Made by a program: the position numbers and the translations under genes | DNA from: a virus | Taxonomy: Duplodnaviria; Caudoviricetes | DNA: 45,128 bases | Direction: 5' to 3' (one strand) | IMG/VR virus record: IMGVR_UViG_3300009678_000021 | Location: 1 to 45,128 of that record | Notes under the pieces: model-generated | The model's input: only the letters and a program-made list of their open reading frames with translations | Database searches by the model: none | What the model was told of the DNA's origin: nothing | Shown: one piece after another, positions 9,534-18,932 of the stretch | Numbering within the stretch: the stretch's first letter is position 1 | Layout of the letters: the number at the start of each line of letters is the position of its first letter

Positions 9534-9721
9534 TGAACAGGACCGAACTTTTGAAACTGATCGGCGATGGTGCTTACGGGGCGGACATTCCGGATGATGA
9601 CGCTACAATGGAAGTATTGGCGCAGCTCGCCGCTGACGGCTTTGTTGTAAGCGAACCGTGTAGGTTAGACGATTTTTTCTACTTGACCCAAGCTGGAATT
9701 CAGCAATTGGAGTTCCGCTAA
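9533..9721 (+). CDS. Hypothetical minigene, possible winged-helix fragment
   Basis: TGATG coupling; LAQLAADGFV...FYLTQAG; flanked by 15/16 bp repeat. Confidence 0.6.
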   Translation: MNRTELLKLIGDGAYGADIPDDDATMEVLAQLAADGFVVSEPCRLDDFFYLTQAGIQQLEFR

Positions 9722-9733
9722 GGAGGCCGTCTG

Positions 9734-10117
9734 ATGTTTGATCAACGATCATCGGCTGGCATGTTGCCGGCCTCTGCCTTCAACCAGCGCAACCGCATTG
9801 CGCAAACCATGATGAACATCGGCAGCCCGCCGCCGCAGGTGTCCCCCGGTGGTATGCCGCCCGGCTTCCGGATGGCACCAACCCCGCTCAAGTCCCTTAT
9901 GGGGATAGAGCCGGGCATGTCACCGGGCTTCATGGGCGGAGAGCCAACGCCCATGCCGGGCATGGCTCCCCCGGCGGCACCGGCACCGGCCCTCGGTGGG
10001 TCGGCCGGGCCGATGCCGACGCAGCCACAGACGGCGCCCCCGGTTGATCCGTCATCCTTGTTCGCTGCACCGCCTACCGGCCCGTCGCCTCTGTTCGCCA
10101 AGCCGCCGACGTTTTAG
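9734..10117 (+). CDS. Pro/Met/Gly-rich putative internal virion protein
   Basis: AGGAGG RBS; low complexity; upstream of ejection genes. Confidence 0.65.
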   Translation: MFDQRSSAGMLPASAFNQRNRIAQTMMNIGSPPPQVSPGGMPPGFRMAPTPLKSLMGIEPGMSPGFMGGEPTPMPGMAPPAAPAPALGGSAGPMPTQPQTAPPVDPSSLFAAPPTGPSPLFAKPPTF

Positions 10118-10129
10118 GGGAGGATCGTT

Positions 10130-10324
10130 ATGGGTAAGGCCTATGCTCCGCCACCCCCTCCATTCGGTGGCAATGACTGGGGTCGCTGGGGCCCGCCGAG
10201 GAAGCCGACACGGCCAAGGCCATCCGTGCCACAAGTTCCGGCGCCGTCTCCTCGCAGACAAAAAATCATCGATGACCTCCTAGAGGACGCCAATGGGCAA
10301 ACCATCAGCACCGACCCCGCCTGA
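10130..10324 (+). CDS. Hypothetical Pro/Arg-rich minigene
   Basis: GGAGGA RBS; N-terminus MGKAYAPPPP resembles next gene MGKPSAPTPP. Confidence 0.5.
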   Translation: MGKAYAPPPPPFGGNDWGRWGPPRKPTRPRPSVPQVPAPSPRRQKIIDDLLEDANGQTISTDPA

Positions 10325-11693
10325 TCCGTTCCAGACAGCGGCAGCGGCTACCGGCACGAACGTTTCGACCGCGGTCGCAAATGCGTACCTGAATAACACC
10401 GACCAGATAACGCCGACCGGGTCGCTGGATTATTCGCCGAACGGCAACCACTCATGGACCGATCCGTCGACCGGCGCGACCTACAACATCCCGACGTTCT
10501 CGGCGACGCAGACCCTGACGCCGCAGGGTCAGGCGATCCAGGACCAGACACTGGCCGCGCAGTACAACCTCGCCGGCATGGCGAATTCGCAGTCGAGCAA
10601 GATCGGCACGCTGCTGTCGCAGGGGATGAATTTTTCAGGCGCTCCGACCGCGGGCTCGGCGACCGGGCTGTCCGGGGTCGGGCAGGCTAACACGTCCTAT
10701 GACCCCGGCGGTGCCATCCAGTCGACGTTTGGCGATGCTGGCGACATTACCAAGAGCTACGGGCCGGGCGATTTCTCGGCCGACCGGCAGCGGGTCGAAC
10801 AGTCGTTAATGGACCGGATGAACCCGCAGCTCGCCCGCGAGCGTGGCAACATCGAACAGCGGCTGGCCGATCAGGGCATTCGCTACGGCTCGCAGGCCTA
10901 CGCCTCGGCGATGGACGACTATAACCGCCAAGCCAATGACGCGCGGTTCGGCGCGATCGGGCAGGCCGGTCAGGAACAGCAGCGCATGATGGACATGGCC
11001 GCGCAGCGCGCCGGCTTTGAGAATTCAGCGCAGCAGCAGGAATACGAACAGGGCCTCGGCCGCGGCTCGTTCGCCAACCAGGCACAGGCGCAGCAGAATG
11101 CGCAGAATGCGGGGGCGGCTAGCTTCGGCAATCAGGGACTGGCGCAGCAACTGGCGCAGCAGCAATCGGTTTTCAATGCACAGAACGCGGCGCGCAACCA
11201 GTATATGCAGGAGCAATACGCGCAGCGCAATCAGCCGATCAATGAAATCACCTCGTTGCTGTCGGGGTCACAGGTACAAAGCCCGAATTTCCTCAATACG
11301 CCAAGCTCGCAGATCCCGACTACTGACGTTGCCGGCCTTATCAACCAGAACTTTGCGCAGCAGCAGAGCAACTACAACACTGCGTCGCAGTCGTGGAATT
11401 CGCTGATGGGGGGCATTCTTGGGCTCGGGGCCGGCGCCTTGAAAATGAGCGACGAGCGCACGAAGGACAACGTAACCAAGCTAGGCACTGTGTTCTCAGC
11501 GACGCCGCGCGGCGAGGACAAGGAACTGCCGATCTACGAGTATTCCTACAAGGCCGATCCCTCCAAGGCCCGCCACGTCGGCCCGATGGCGCAGGACGTC
11601 GAAAAGGTTGACCGCGGCGCCGTCAAGACCATCCGCGGCACCAAGTACATCAAACCTGACCGTGTCATGGGTAACATTCTGAGGGCAAGCTGA
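10293..11693 (+). CDS. DNA ejection (pilot) protein with C-terminal peptidase S74 chaperone-like domain
   Basis: MGKPSAPTPPDP start, Gln/Ala-rich helices, hydrophobic GGILGLGAG, then SDERTKDN...IYEYSYK...GPMAQDVEK. Confidence 0.8.
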   Translation: MGKPSAPTPPDPFQTAAAATGTNVSTAVANAYLNNTDQITPTGSLDYSPNGNHSWTDPSTGATYNIPTFSATQTLTPQGQAIQDQTLAAQYNLAGMANSQSSKIGTLLSQGMNFSGAPTAGSATGLSGVGQANTSYDPGGAIQSTFGDAGDITKSYGPGDFSADRQRVEQSLMDRMNPQLARERGNIEQRLADQGIRYGSQAYASAMDDYNRQANDARFGAIGQAGQEQQRMMDMAAQRAGFENSAQQQEYEQGLGRGSFANQAQAQQNAQNAGAASFGNQGLAQQLAQQQSVFNAQNAARNQYMQEQYAQRNQPINEITSLLSGSQVQSPNFLNTPSSQIPTTDVAGLINQNFAQQQSNYNTASQSWNSLMGGILGLGAGALKMSDERTKDNVTKLGTVFSATPRGEDKELPIYEYSYKADPSKARHVGPMAQDVEKVDRGAVKTIRGTKYIKPDRVMGNILRAS

Positions 11694-13831
11694 TGTCCTT
11701 ACTCGATACCAACCCGCTATCTTTTATCTTTGGCACAAAGCCCGGCGCCGGCGTGCCGACCTACGAGCAATTGCAGATGCGCCGCAAGATCGCACAATCA
11801 TTGCTCGGGGAAAAGAGCCGCTATCCAAAAACCTTCGGCGAGGGCTTGAGCGCGATCGGTGAGGCAATCGGCGAGCGCGGCATGATGAGTCGGCTTGATG
11901 CGATGGAGCAGGCAAGAGAGGCGCAAATTGGCCCGGAATATAACCGTGCGATGGGCAATCCGGCCACCGCGGCTGGGGCCACACCCATGTCTTATGCCCC
12001 GTCAACTGATATGCCGCCGCTTGCCAATATCGCGGCCGCCTCAAACGGGCCAATCCCGGGCATGGCGGGGACGCCTACACCTGTCGAGGATGGCGGCTAC
12101 AATGCGCTCGATCAGGGGGCAAATCTGCGTGACCAGCGCACCAATTACATGCAACAACTCGAAAAAGACCCTGCCGCAAAGCTGAAGCTGGCTGCGCTGA
12201 TGAGTGCCGAGGAAGGTCGCGGCGGCCCCAACTCTTCAGCCAGAACTGCACTCGCTGAGACCGTTTTCAACCGTGGTGTTTCGCGTGGCTATGGCGACGT
12301 TAATAAGGTGATGGACCCCCGCTATTACCAGCCAATGCATGACGGATCAGGCAACTATGCCAAGCACCTTGCACTGGTGCAGAGTGATCCGGCCTATCGA
12401 GCGCAACTATTCTCTGAAATCGGGAATGTTGCCGGTGGTTCGAACGTTTCCAATCTCGCAACCGACAACGCTTCGGGCACAGTTGCAGCCAATTCGCGGC
12501 GCAACACCTCCGAAGGTTGGACCGCCCCTAATGGGGAATATTTCGCCCGTAAAGATGTGCGGCCGGATGTTCACGGTCCCGGCCCGGTATCTCAAACAGC
12601 AGACTGGTACGCGCGCACGGCATTACCACCGGCACCCGGCCCGCAGTCCAGCGTTGTCGACCCCGGCCTTAACCAGAGTGTGGCGCTCAACCAAGCCGAG
12701 CCGCCCGCGCCAACAGGGCAGCCGACTGCTTTTTCAGGTCAGCCGGCCAGCGACGCGCCGCCGATCGGAATGCCCGACGCCCGCGACGCTATTACCAGCG
12801 CTCTCGCTCCGCGGCCGGCTCCGGTTGCCGCGCCACCCGTGCCGGCGGCTCCGGCCGGCCCGCAGATCGCGCAGGCGCCGCCACAACAGCAGATTCGCGT
12901 GCCAGCAAGGCGACCGGTCGAGCCGGACCCGCCGCAGATGACCCAGCAAATGAGCGATATTGCAGTGTTATCCGGCAAACTCAGCCCCGATGACCCGCGT
13001 CAGAGTGGGTTGAAACTACGTTACCAACAGTTACAGGCAACTGAGCAGGCAAAGTACAAGCAAAAACTAGATGCTTATGAATATGAACGTAAAAGAGAGG
13101 ATGAAGCACCAAAGAAAGAAGCAGATTTAATAAATGCACAAGCAGACGCCAGCATTAAGAAAGAGGAAGCCCGTATTGTTGGTCGCACTGGCATGAAGCC
13201 GAGTGAGCTTTACAAGCGACTTGATGAAGATAAATTCAGCGTCGATCAGACGATAAAATCGCAGAGCGCCCAACAATTGGCGCGCAAGGCGATCCGTGAC
13301 GGCGTCATTACCGGTTACGGCGCCAACATGCGGGTCGCAAGCGCCAAGTTTGCGGACTGGGCATGGAACAACGGCTTAAAGGGCGATCTGGCCGCCAACA
13401 CCGAGATCATGAAAGCCTCGCTGGATGCTGGGCTGTCGGAAGCAATCAAGACGGTGAACGGCGAGGGCGGCTCACAGGTATCTAACATCGATGTCAAGAT
13501 CGCGCAGGGCATTCAGGGTTCCGACCCAAACCTGCAAATGAAGACGATCCAAACAATCATGGATCGCGCTGCCGAGATCAACCACCGCAAGATCAACAGC
13601 TACGAGGAGAAGGTCGACCGCTACCTGTCCGGTGAAAAGGCCGAGTTAAACTACAAGACCAGCAGCGCGACAATACCAAGAGACAAGCTGGAGATGTTCC
13701 TGAAAAACGCCAGCGGGCCGGACGCAGAGCAGCACAAGAAATTCTTTAACGATGTTTACGGTCCCGGCGCCGCCGAGCTAGAGATCGCGCGGCTCAAGCG
13801 GGCGCAACGGCGCCAAGGCAAGGGGGATTGA
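11693..13831 (+). CDS. Ejection / internal virion protein with putative cell-wall hydrolase (SleB/Hydrolase_2-like) domain
   Basis: 712 aa; LAALMSAEEG...ALAETVFNR...VMDPRYYQP flanked by Pro-rich linkers. Confidence 0.7.
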   Translation: MSLLDTNPLSFIFGTKPGAGVPTYEQLQMRRKIAQSLLGEKSRYPKTFGEGLSAIGEAIGERGMMSRLDAMEQAREAQIGPEYNRAMGNPATAAGATPMSYAPSTDMPPLANIAAASNGPIPGMAGTPTPVEDGGYNALDQGANLRDQRTNYMQQLEKDPAAKLKLAALMSAEEGRGGPNSSARTALAETVFNRGVSRGYGDVNKVMDPRYYQPMHDGSGNYAKHLALVQSDPAYRAQLFSEIGNVAGGSNVSNLATDNASGTVAANSRRNTSEGWTAPNGEYFARKDVRPDVHGPGPVSQTADWYARTALPPAPGPQSSVVDPGLNQSVALNQAEPPAPTGQPTAFSGQPASDAPPIGMPDARDAITSALAPRPAPVAAPPVPAAPAGPQIAQAPPQQQIRVPARRPVEPDPPQMTQQMSDIAVLSGKLSPDDPRQSGLKLRYQQLQATEQAKYKQKLDAYEYERKREDEAPKKEADLINAQADASIKKEEARIVGRTGMKPSELYKRLDEDKFSVDQTIKSQSAQQLARKAIRDGVITGYGANMRVASAKFADWAWNNGLKGDLAANTEIMKASLDAGLSEAIKTVNGEGGSQVSNIDVKIAQGIQGSDPNLQMKTIQTIMDRAAEINHRKINSYEEKVDRYLSGEKAELNYKTSSATIPRDKLEMFLKNASGPDAEQHKKFFNDVYGPGAAELEIARLKRAQRRQGKGD

Positions 13832-15450
13832 TGGCCAGCAACAACCCTTATGATGATGATTATGATCCCAAACTCCCAGCGCGGGCACCGATCGTACCAT
13901 CAGCGGGCACGCCTAGTGTGCCAATTTCCGGCAATCCTTACGAAACAGGATTTAGTAGCGCCCCGCATCCGTCAACGTTTAGCAGCAACGTTGCCGACGT
14001 CGCCAAGGCCGCTTCCAACACATTTTCGATGGGTATGCGGGATCGCTTGGAGGGTGGCTACCGTGCCCTTACTGGTGGGGCACCAAGCTATTCCGAGGGT
14101 GTCAACCAAGCCGTAGCTGACAGTGCAATGCGCCGTGAACGCAGTCCATTTCTCTCAGCGGTGGGCGATGTCGCCGGCGGCACCGCCCAGGCCTACGTAC
14201 CAGGAATAGGAGCGATCGGGCGTGCTACAGGTGCAGCGCTTGGTGGGGCTCAGGCAGGCTTGCGCGGCACGGCTGCGAGGATGGCCGGTTATGGACTGGA
14301 AGGTGGGTTGCTTGGCGCTGGTCAAGCCGCTGGGCACACATATTCCGAAAACCCACAAGATTATGCCAGAAATGCGCTGGTCGGCGGTGCCCTTGGTGCC
14401 GCGGTTGGTACGCCTTTTGGGCATTTTGCCGATGTCGCACCGCGTTCTTTAGCCGCCATACCTAGATCGGCAGAGTTGAAGGCATCTTCAGGCGGTTCCT
14501 ACAGGCAAACGCACAGGGTTCCGATAGACTATCCAGCGCCGCATTTTTGGGGAGGTTTGGATGCACTGGAACAGCGACTCCTTTCAACTACCAATCCAGT
14601 CAAATCGCCTGCCGTCTGGGAAACCCTTAATCTTGCCCGCAGAGGCCGAAACCAAGCCAACCAACCCGGCACTACCGCCACCGTCAGCCCCAAGAACATT
14701 GACGATCTACGCCAGCAACTCACTGGTGTTCGCGAGCCGGGCTCTTCTCAAGCTCGTCAATGGCTGGATGACTACATGCAAACAGCACCTATGGCCCGCG
14801 GCGGGCAGCCCGAGCGCGACCGGATCGCACTCTTGCTTACGCGGGCGCGCGGCGACTGGCGGGCCGGCAAGCGCACCCAGACCATTGAAGAGCAAAACCA
14901 GTATGCCGGTGATCGCGCCCAAGTCGCCAATTCTGGCAATAACGTTGCCAACACCTACGGCCAGAAACTTACTAACTTACTCGCACCCTCTAGCGCCGAA
15001 GGCAAATGGTACAACCCAGCGGAAAAGGCTGACATAAGGTCCACCGCGCGACGCGATTCCGTGGCGGATTTCAAACGTACACTGAGCAATATCGGCGGCG
15101 GCGGTGGCGGCTGGGCGGCAGGATCTTATGGCATGGGCGGACTTGGCACCGGGTATATGACCGGTGATCTGTTGCCGGCTGCCGTAGGCATCGGCGTTCC
15201 AGCGGCATCGATGCTGCTTAAGCGCAATCTCAACCAGGGCATGGCGCGCGAAGCCGACGCACTGGCCGAACGTATGGCGATGAATTCGCCATTATACCGG
15301 CACCGCGCCGCCATGGCGCCGGAAGTAGCCGGGCCGGGCCTTGGCAATTTCCCAGAGGCCACTCGCAATGCCCTCACTAATGAGGTTCTGAATCAATTCA
15401 GGCTACGGCGCATCTTGGTCGATACGCCGGCGGAAGAGGAGAAACTCTAA
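13828..15450 (+). CDS. Ejection / internal virion protein
   Basis: NPYDDD start; Gly/Ala-rich hydrophobic helices; position before tail fibre. Confidence 0.75.
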   Translation: MMASNNPYDDDYDPKLPARAPIVPSAGTPSVPISGNPYETGFSSAPHPSTFSSNVADVAKAASNTFSMGMRDRLEGGYRALTGGAPSYSEGVNQAVADSAMRRERSPFLSAVGDVAGGTAQAYVPGIGAIGRATGAALGGAQAGLRGTAARMAGYGLEGGLLGAGQAAGHTYSENPQDYARNALVGGALGAAVGTPFGHFADVAPRSLAAIPRSAELKASSGGSYRQTHRVPIDYPAPHFWGGLDALEQRLLSTTNPVKSPAVWETLNLARRGRNQANQPGTTATVSPKNIDDLRQQLTGVREPGSSQARQWLDDYMQTAPMARGGQPERDRIALLLTRARGDWRAGKRTQTIEEQNQYAGDRAQVANSGNNVANTYGQKLTNLLAPSSAEGKWYNPAEKADIRSTARRDSVADFKRTLSNIGGGGGGWAAGSYGMGGLGTGYMTGDLLPAAVGIGVPAASMLLKRNLNQGMAREADALAERMAMNSPLYRHRAAMAPEVAGPGLGNFPEATRNALTNEVLNQFRLRRILVDTPAEEEKL

Positions 15451-16952
15451 TGCCCCGCGACGGTTCAAGCGTCTACCGCACCCCGCCGGGCACCGAGGGC
15501 GTGCCTGACACCGTGATCGAGAGTGCGAAATACAACACATTCATTGCGGACATAGAGCAGGATCTTAACTTGCCGCGGCCGATCCTTGCCGGCGGCACTG
15601 GTGCTATTAGTGCCGACGCGGCACTGGTCGAGCTCGGTGCCGAGAAGGCTTCACAGATTGTTACAAATTATAATAGCCACGTATTTGTAGCCGGTTCGTT
15701 TTACTCGGCGTCAAGCGCGACCGGGTCGCCTGTAAGCGGTCACGCATTTGCCGGTATCGTCTATGTGGTCGACAGCAACAACCTCTTCATCGAAGCGCGC
15801 GACCTTGACGGTACACCGCCGCAAATGTATGTCAGGCAGAAGGATGCTGGCGTGTGGGGCGCTTGGTCCACTGACTTCGACCAGACGTCGCAGAACACAC
15901 TCAACGATACCCGCTACGTCAATACCGCCGGCGATACCATGACCGGAAACTTGACTGTTTTGAACGATGATCCTGTCGTCGTCGTCAATAAACCGGTGGC
16001 CAACGGGCATCTCGCAGGTATTCAAGGCAGCGCTGCCGGGTCAGCGCGTTGGCTGCTTCAACTCGGCAACACCACACCTGAGAGTGGCAGCAATTCCGGC
16101 TCCGACTTCAACTTGTCCCGCTATAATGACGCCGGTTTACAAATTGACGCGGTGCTTTCGGCCCCACGTTCCACCGGGCTGCTGTCGGTAAGGGCTGATC
16201 CGACAGCAGCGCTCGGCATTGCCACTAAGCAATATGTCGACGCAACTGCGATAGACTCTACTGAATTAGCCGCCGCCGCCGTGCGCCATGATATAGCGCA
16301 ATCCCTAACCACAACGCAGAAGCGCCAAGCGCAGGCCAACCTGTTCCAAGGGCCAACGGCGCAATATCTAACCGCGACCGGCACCTACACGACACCGGCC
16401 GGCGTCACTTGGATCGAAATTGAACTGGTTGGTGGTGGGGCCGGCGGCGCCGGTTCGGGGACCGGAGCAGGCAGCGGCAACAATGGGGGTTTTACAACTT
16501 TTGGCACCGGGCCAATCCTGTCATCAGGTCAGGCTCTTAGCGGCGTCACCACTGGTGGTGGCGCGGGTGGCACACCAAGCGGCGGTTTTGTTAACAAAAT
16601 CGGTGGTGCCGGCGGCAACGCCTCCGGGCTGGCCAACAGCAAAGGCGGCATGGGCGGCATTTCATTTTTCGGCGGCGCGGGTGATGGCGGTGCCGCGGGT
16701 GGCGGCGTCGGTATGAGCGCAGTCGCTTCCAGCGGCTCTGGTGGAGGCGGCGCCGGCGCTGCCGCAACCATCAGCGGCGGCGGCGGCGGCGGCTCCGGCG
16801 GTTACGTCCGCCATATTATACACAGCCCGAACTCGGCTTATGGGTTCCAGATCGGCAATGGCGGCAATGGCGGTAATGCCGGCACGTCTGGTGCTGTGGG
16901 CGGTGCTGGCGCACCCGGCTGCATCATCGTCACCGAGTATTACGGGAGCTAG
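15450..16952 (+). CDS. Tail fibre protein with glycine-rich C-terminal domain
   Basis: MPRDGSSVY...PRPILAGGTGA anchor, YVNTAGDTMTGNL, ATKQYVD, GTYTTPAGV...VGGGAGG...GCIIVTEY. Confidence 0.85.
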   Translation: MPRDGSSVYRTPPGTEGVPDTVIESAKYNTFIADIEQDLNLPRPILAGGTGAISADAALVELGAEKASQIVTNYNSHVFVAGSFYSASSATGSPVSGHAFAGIVYVVDSNNLFIEARDLDGTPPQMYVRQKDAGVWGAWSTDFDQTSQNTLNDTRYVNTAGDTMTGNLTVLNDDPVVVVNKPVANGHLAGIQGSAAGSARWLLQLGNTTPESGSNSGSDFNLSRYNDAGLQIDAVLSAPRSTGLLSVRADPTAALGIATKQYVDATAIDSTELAAAAVRHDIAQSLTTTQKRQAQANLFQGPTAQYLTATGTYTTPAGVTWIEIELVGGGAGGAGSGTGAGSGNNGGFTTFGTGPILSSGQALSGVTTGGGAGGTPSGGFVNKIGGAGGNASGLANSKGGMGGISFFGGAGDGGAAGGGVGMSAVASSGSGGGGAGAAATISGGGGGGSGGYVRHIIHSPNSAYGFQIGNGGNGGNAGTSGAVGGAGAPGCIIVTEYYGS

Positions 16953-16956
16953 GGCA

Positions 16957-17601
16957 GTGGCTTACCGGCTAGCAAAATCGCTGGATAAACTTAGAGCCCA
17001 GGTTAACGAAAAATGGCCTAAGCGCAGCAAGGCGTCGGACGGCTGGATCGGCGATACCTCCCACGCCGCCCGGCCGTCTGACCACAACCCGGATTCGCGC
17101 GGCATCGTGCATGCGGTCGACCTTACGCATGATCCCGCCAACGGGTTCGATTCGTGGAAGTTCGCCGATGCGATTTTAGCCGCGCAGGACCCCAGATTGA
17201 AATACGTCATATCCAACGGGCGTATCGGTTCTGGCCCGGCCGGGCCATCCCCGGGAGAGTGGCGAGATTACAGCGGTTCCAACGCCCACGCCCATCACTG
17301 TCACATCTCGGTGGTAAACAGGGGCGAGGACGTTACGCACGCATGGACCGTTGGCGCTGTCCCAGTAAAGCCAGTCACCGGTGCTGACGTAATTCTCGCG
17401 CGCACCCTCCACTATGGGATTGAAGGCGACGACGTCGAGGAACTGCAACGCATGCTGGACCTGCCGGTGAACGGCGTTTTTGGCTACGGCACGGCCGAGG
17501 CTGTGGTGCAGGTGCAGCTAAAGAATGGTATCGCTGCACATGGTATCGTAGGACCGTCTACCTGGAAACTTATCAAGGAGGCGAGTAGCCATGCAACTTA
17601 A
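16957..17601 (+). CDS. Endolysin: putative Zn peptidase (M15/DD-peptidase-like) plus peptidoglycan-binding domain
   Basis: GTG start at 16957; SDHNPD...VHAVD and HAHHCHIS motifs; C-terminal GDDVEELQ...GVFGYGT...GIVGPSTW. Confidence 0.8.
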   Translation: MAYRLAKSLDKLRAQVNEKWPKRSKASDGWIGDTSHAARPSDHNPDSRGIVHAVDLTHDPANGFDSWKFADAILAAQDPRLKYVISNGRIGSGPAGPSPGEWRDYSGSNAHAHHCHISVVNRGEDVTHAWTVGAVPVKPVTGADVILARTLHYGIEGDDVEELQRMLDLPVNGVFGYGTAEAVVQVQLKNGIAAHGIVGPSTWKLIKEASSHAT

Positions 17602-17836
17602 CGACATAGCAAACGTTATCGTCGCATCAGCCACTTTCCTAACGGCGCTCGGTGCGTTCGTCACCAGTCTGATCAATGCCAGACGCATCACGCACGTCGC
17701 CAATAATGTGCAGACAATCGAGAAAGCCACTAACTCTATGAAGGACGCGCTAGTCGACGCGACTGCGAAAGCGTCGCTTGCCGAAGGCAGGGCAGCCGGA
17801 CTCCAGCAAGGGCGGAATGAACGAGGGAATGAGTAG
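17591..17836 (+). CDS. Putative single-TM holin or lysis accessory
   Basis: Overlaps endolysin end; AAGGAGG RBS; N-terminal TM helix then coiled coil. Confidence 0.55.
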   Translation: MQLNDIANVIVASATFLTALGAFVTSLINARRITHVANNVQTIEKATNSMKDALVDATAKASLAEGRAAGLQQGRNERGNE

Positions 17837-17852
17837 AAAGGGGAATCCGGCG

Positions 17853-18092
17853 ATGTCTAGAGATGATTCATGGCGCGAGGTCCCGCATTGGGCGATCGAC
17901 CTTCTGGAAATGCAATACTACATCATCATTCAAAACGAAGCGATCCAGGCGATGCTGGAAGACCGGGCGACGCGGCTGTCGCCCAAGGACCAGAGGGCGC
18001 TGGATCAGCTCACAAATATCCTGAAGGGTACTAACGTGAAGATCGACAGCGCCAAGCAGGATAAAACCGCTCCTGGCGGCTCCCAGGTGTAA
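17853..18092 (+). CDS. Hypothetical protein
   Basis: Fills gap in + operon; start uncertain. Confidence 0.55.
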   Translation: MSRDDSWREVPHWAIDLLEMQYYIIIQNEAIQAMLEDRATRLSPKDQRALDQLTNILKGTNVKIDSAKQDKTAPGGSQV

Positions 18093-18109
18093 GCAAAGGA
18101 GTACCACCC

Positions 18110-18382
18110 GTGGCTACAATTCAGGAAGCCCTTGACGTCGTCAAGGCAAACAGCACCCGCACCGGCTCGCTGATCGCGCTGTTCGATGCAAAGAAGGCGG
18201 AACTGGAAGCGGCACTCGCCAACCAGATGACGCCGGAAATCCAGGCGGCTATCGACGAAGTATTCACCGTCGAGACTGCGGACGCCACCGCCATGGACGC
18301 GGCGCTCAATACCAACGTCCCCCCGCCCACCGACCCGCCAGTGGACCCGAACGCCCCGCTGATGTCCGGCAGGCGCCGGTAA
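18110..18382 (+). CDS. Hypothetical helical protein
   Basis: AAAGGAG RBS, GTG start, biased codons; last gene before terminator. Confidence 0.75.
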   Translation: MATIQEALDVVKANSTRTGSLIALFDAKKAELEAALANQMTPEIQAAIDEVFTVETADATAMDAALNTNVPPPTDPPVDPNAPLMSGRRR

Positions 18383-18416
18383 ATCGCCGGTTGTCTGACG
18401 CCTCCCAGAGAGACTT

Positions 18417-18448
18417 GCCCGGCCCTGCCATGGGGTCGGGCTCTTTTT
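18417..18448 (+). terminator. Rho-independent terminator at the end of the late operon
   Basis: GCCCGGCCC-loop-GGGTCGGGC followed by TCTTTTT, where + and - gene blocks converge. Confidence 0.75.
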
Positions 18449-18451
18449 CGT

Positions 18452-18700
18452 TCATTGGCCACTCTGCAACGGAGCGTCTTCCCAGACTAGACGCACAACC
18501 AGTATTTCACCATCGAAGCGCCGCCAAAGTTGGAACGGTTTGTTCGGCACATCGCTAAGGTTAATTTCAACCTCCGTTTCGCCGAAGTGCGTCATCAGAG
18601 AGGCGCATATTTCCATATAGATTTTAGCGTCATTCCCGCCCGGCTCATCAGCCACTTTCCGTCTCCATTCGTCTGGGCTATTGGACAAACCCAGGGTCAT
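18452..18700 (-). CDS. Hypothetical early protein
   Basis: Packed in leftward operon. Confidence 0.6.
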   Translation of the reverse strand: MTLGLSNSPDEWRRKVADEPGGNDAKIYMEICASLMTHFGETEVEINLSDVPNKPFQLWRRFDGEILVVRLVWEDAPLQSGQ

Positions 18701-18932
18701 CGTCAGCGATCTCGTTCATCTCGGTGGCCCGAAGCATTTGTTGGTATAGCTCCTTGAGCGGCCACGGTGACGAACCGCCATCCTGGAGGTGCATGAATTC
18801 GCCGTCAGCAAAGGTAGCTATAATCCATACCGAGTGAGCCCCCAAGCGAGCTGCGGCACGGGCCGCTTCCTTGTCCAACTTAGCTTTGACGCGGGATCGC
18901 CGTTCTGGCGCCCATGGCTTGGGCTCGCTCAT
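18678..18932 (-). CDS. Hypothetical early protein
   Basis: AGGA RBS; abuts upstream stop. Confidence 0.65.
   Translation of the reverse strand: MSEPKPWAPERRSRVKAKLDKEAARAAARLGAHSVWIIATFADGEFMHLQDGGSSPWPLKELYQQMLRATEMNEIADDDPGFVQ

Noticed and set aside
10293-11693. Calling the S74-domain protein a tail fibre
   Set aside because: Body is Gln/Ala helical and lies in the ejection-protein position; the fibre is 15450-16952.
16741-16956. N-terminal extension of the endolysin ORF
   Set aside because: Overlaps the Gly-rich tail fibre end; GTG 16957 is the plausible start.
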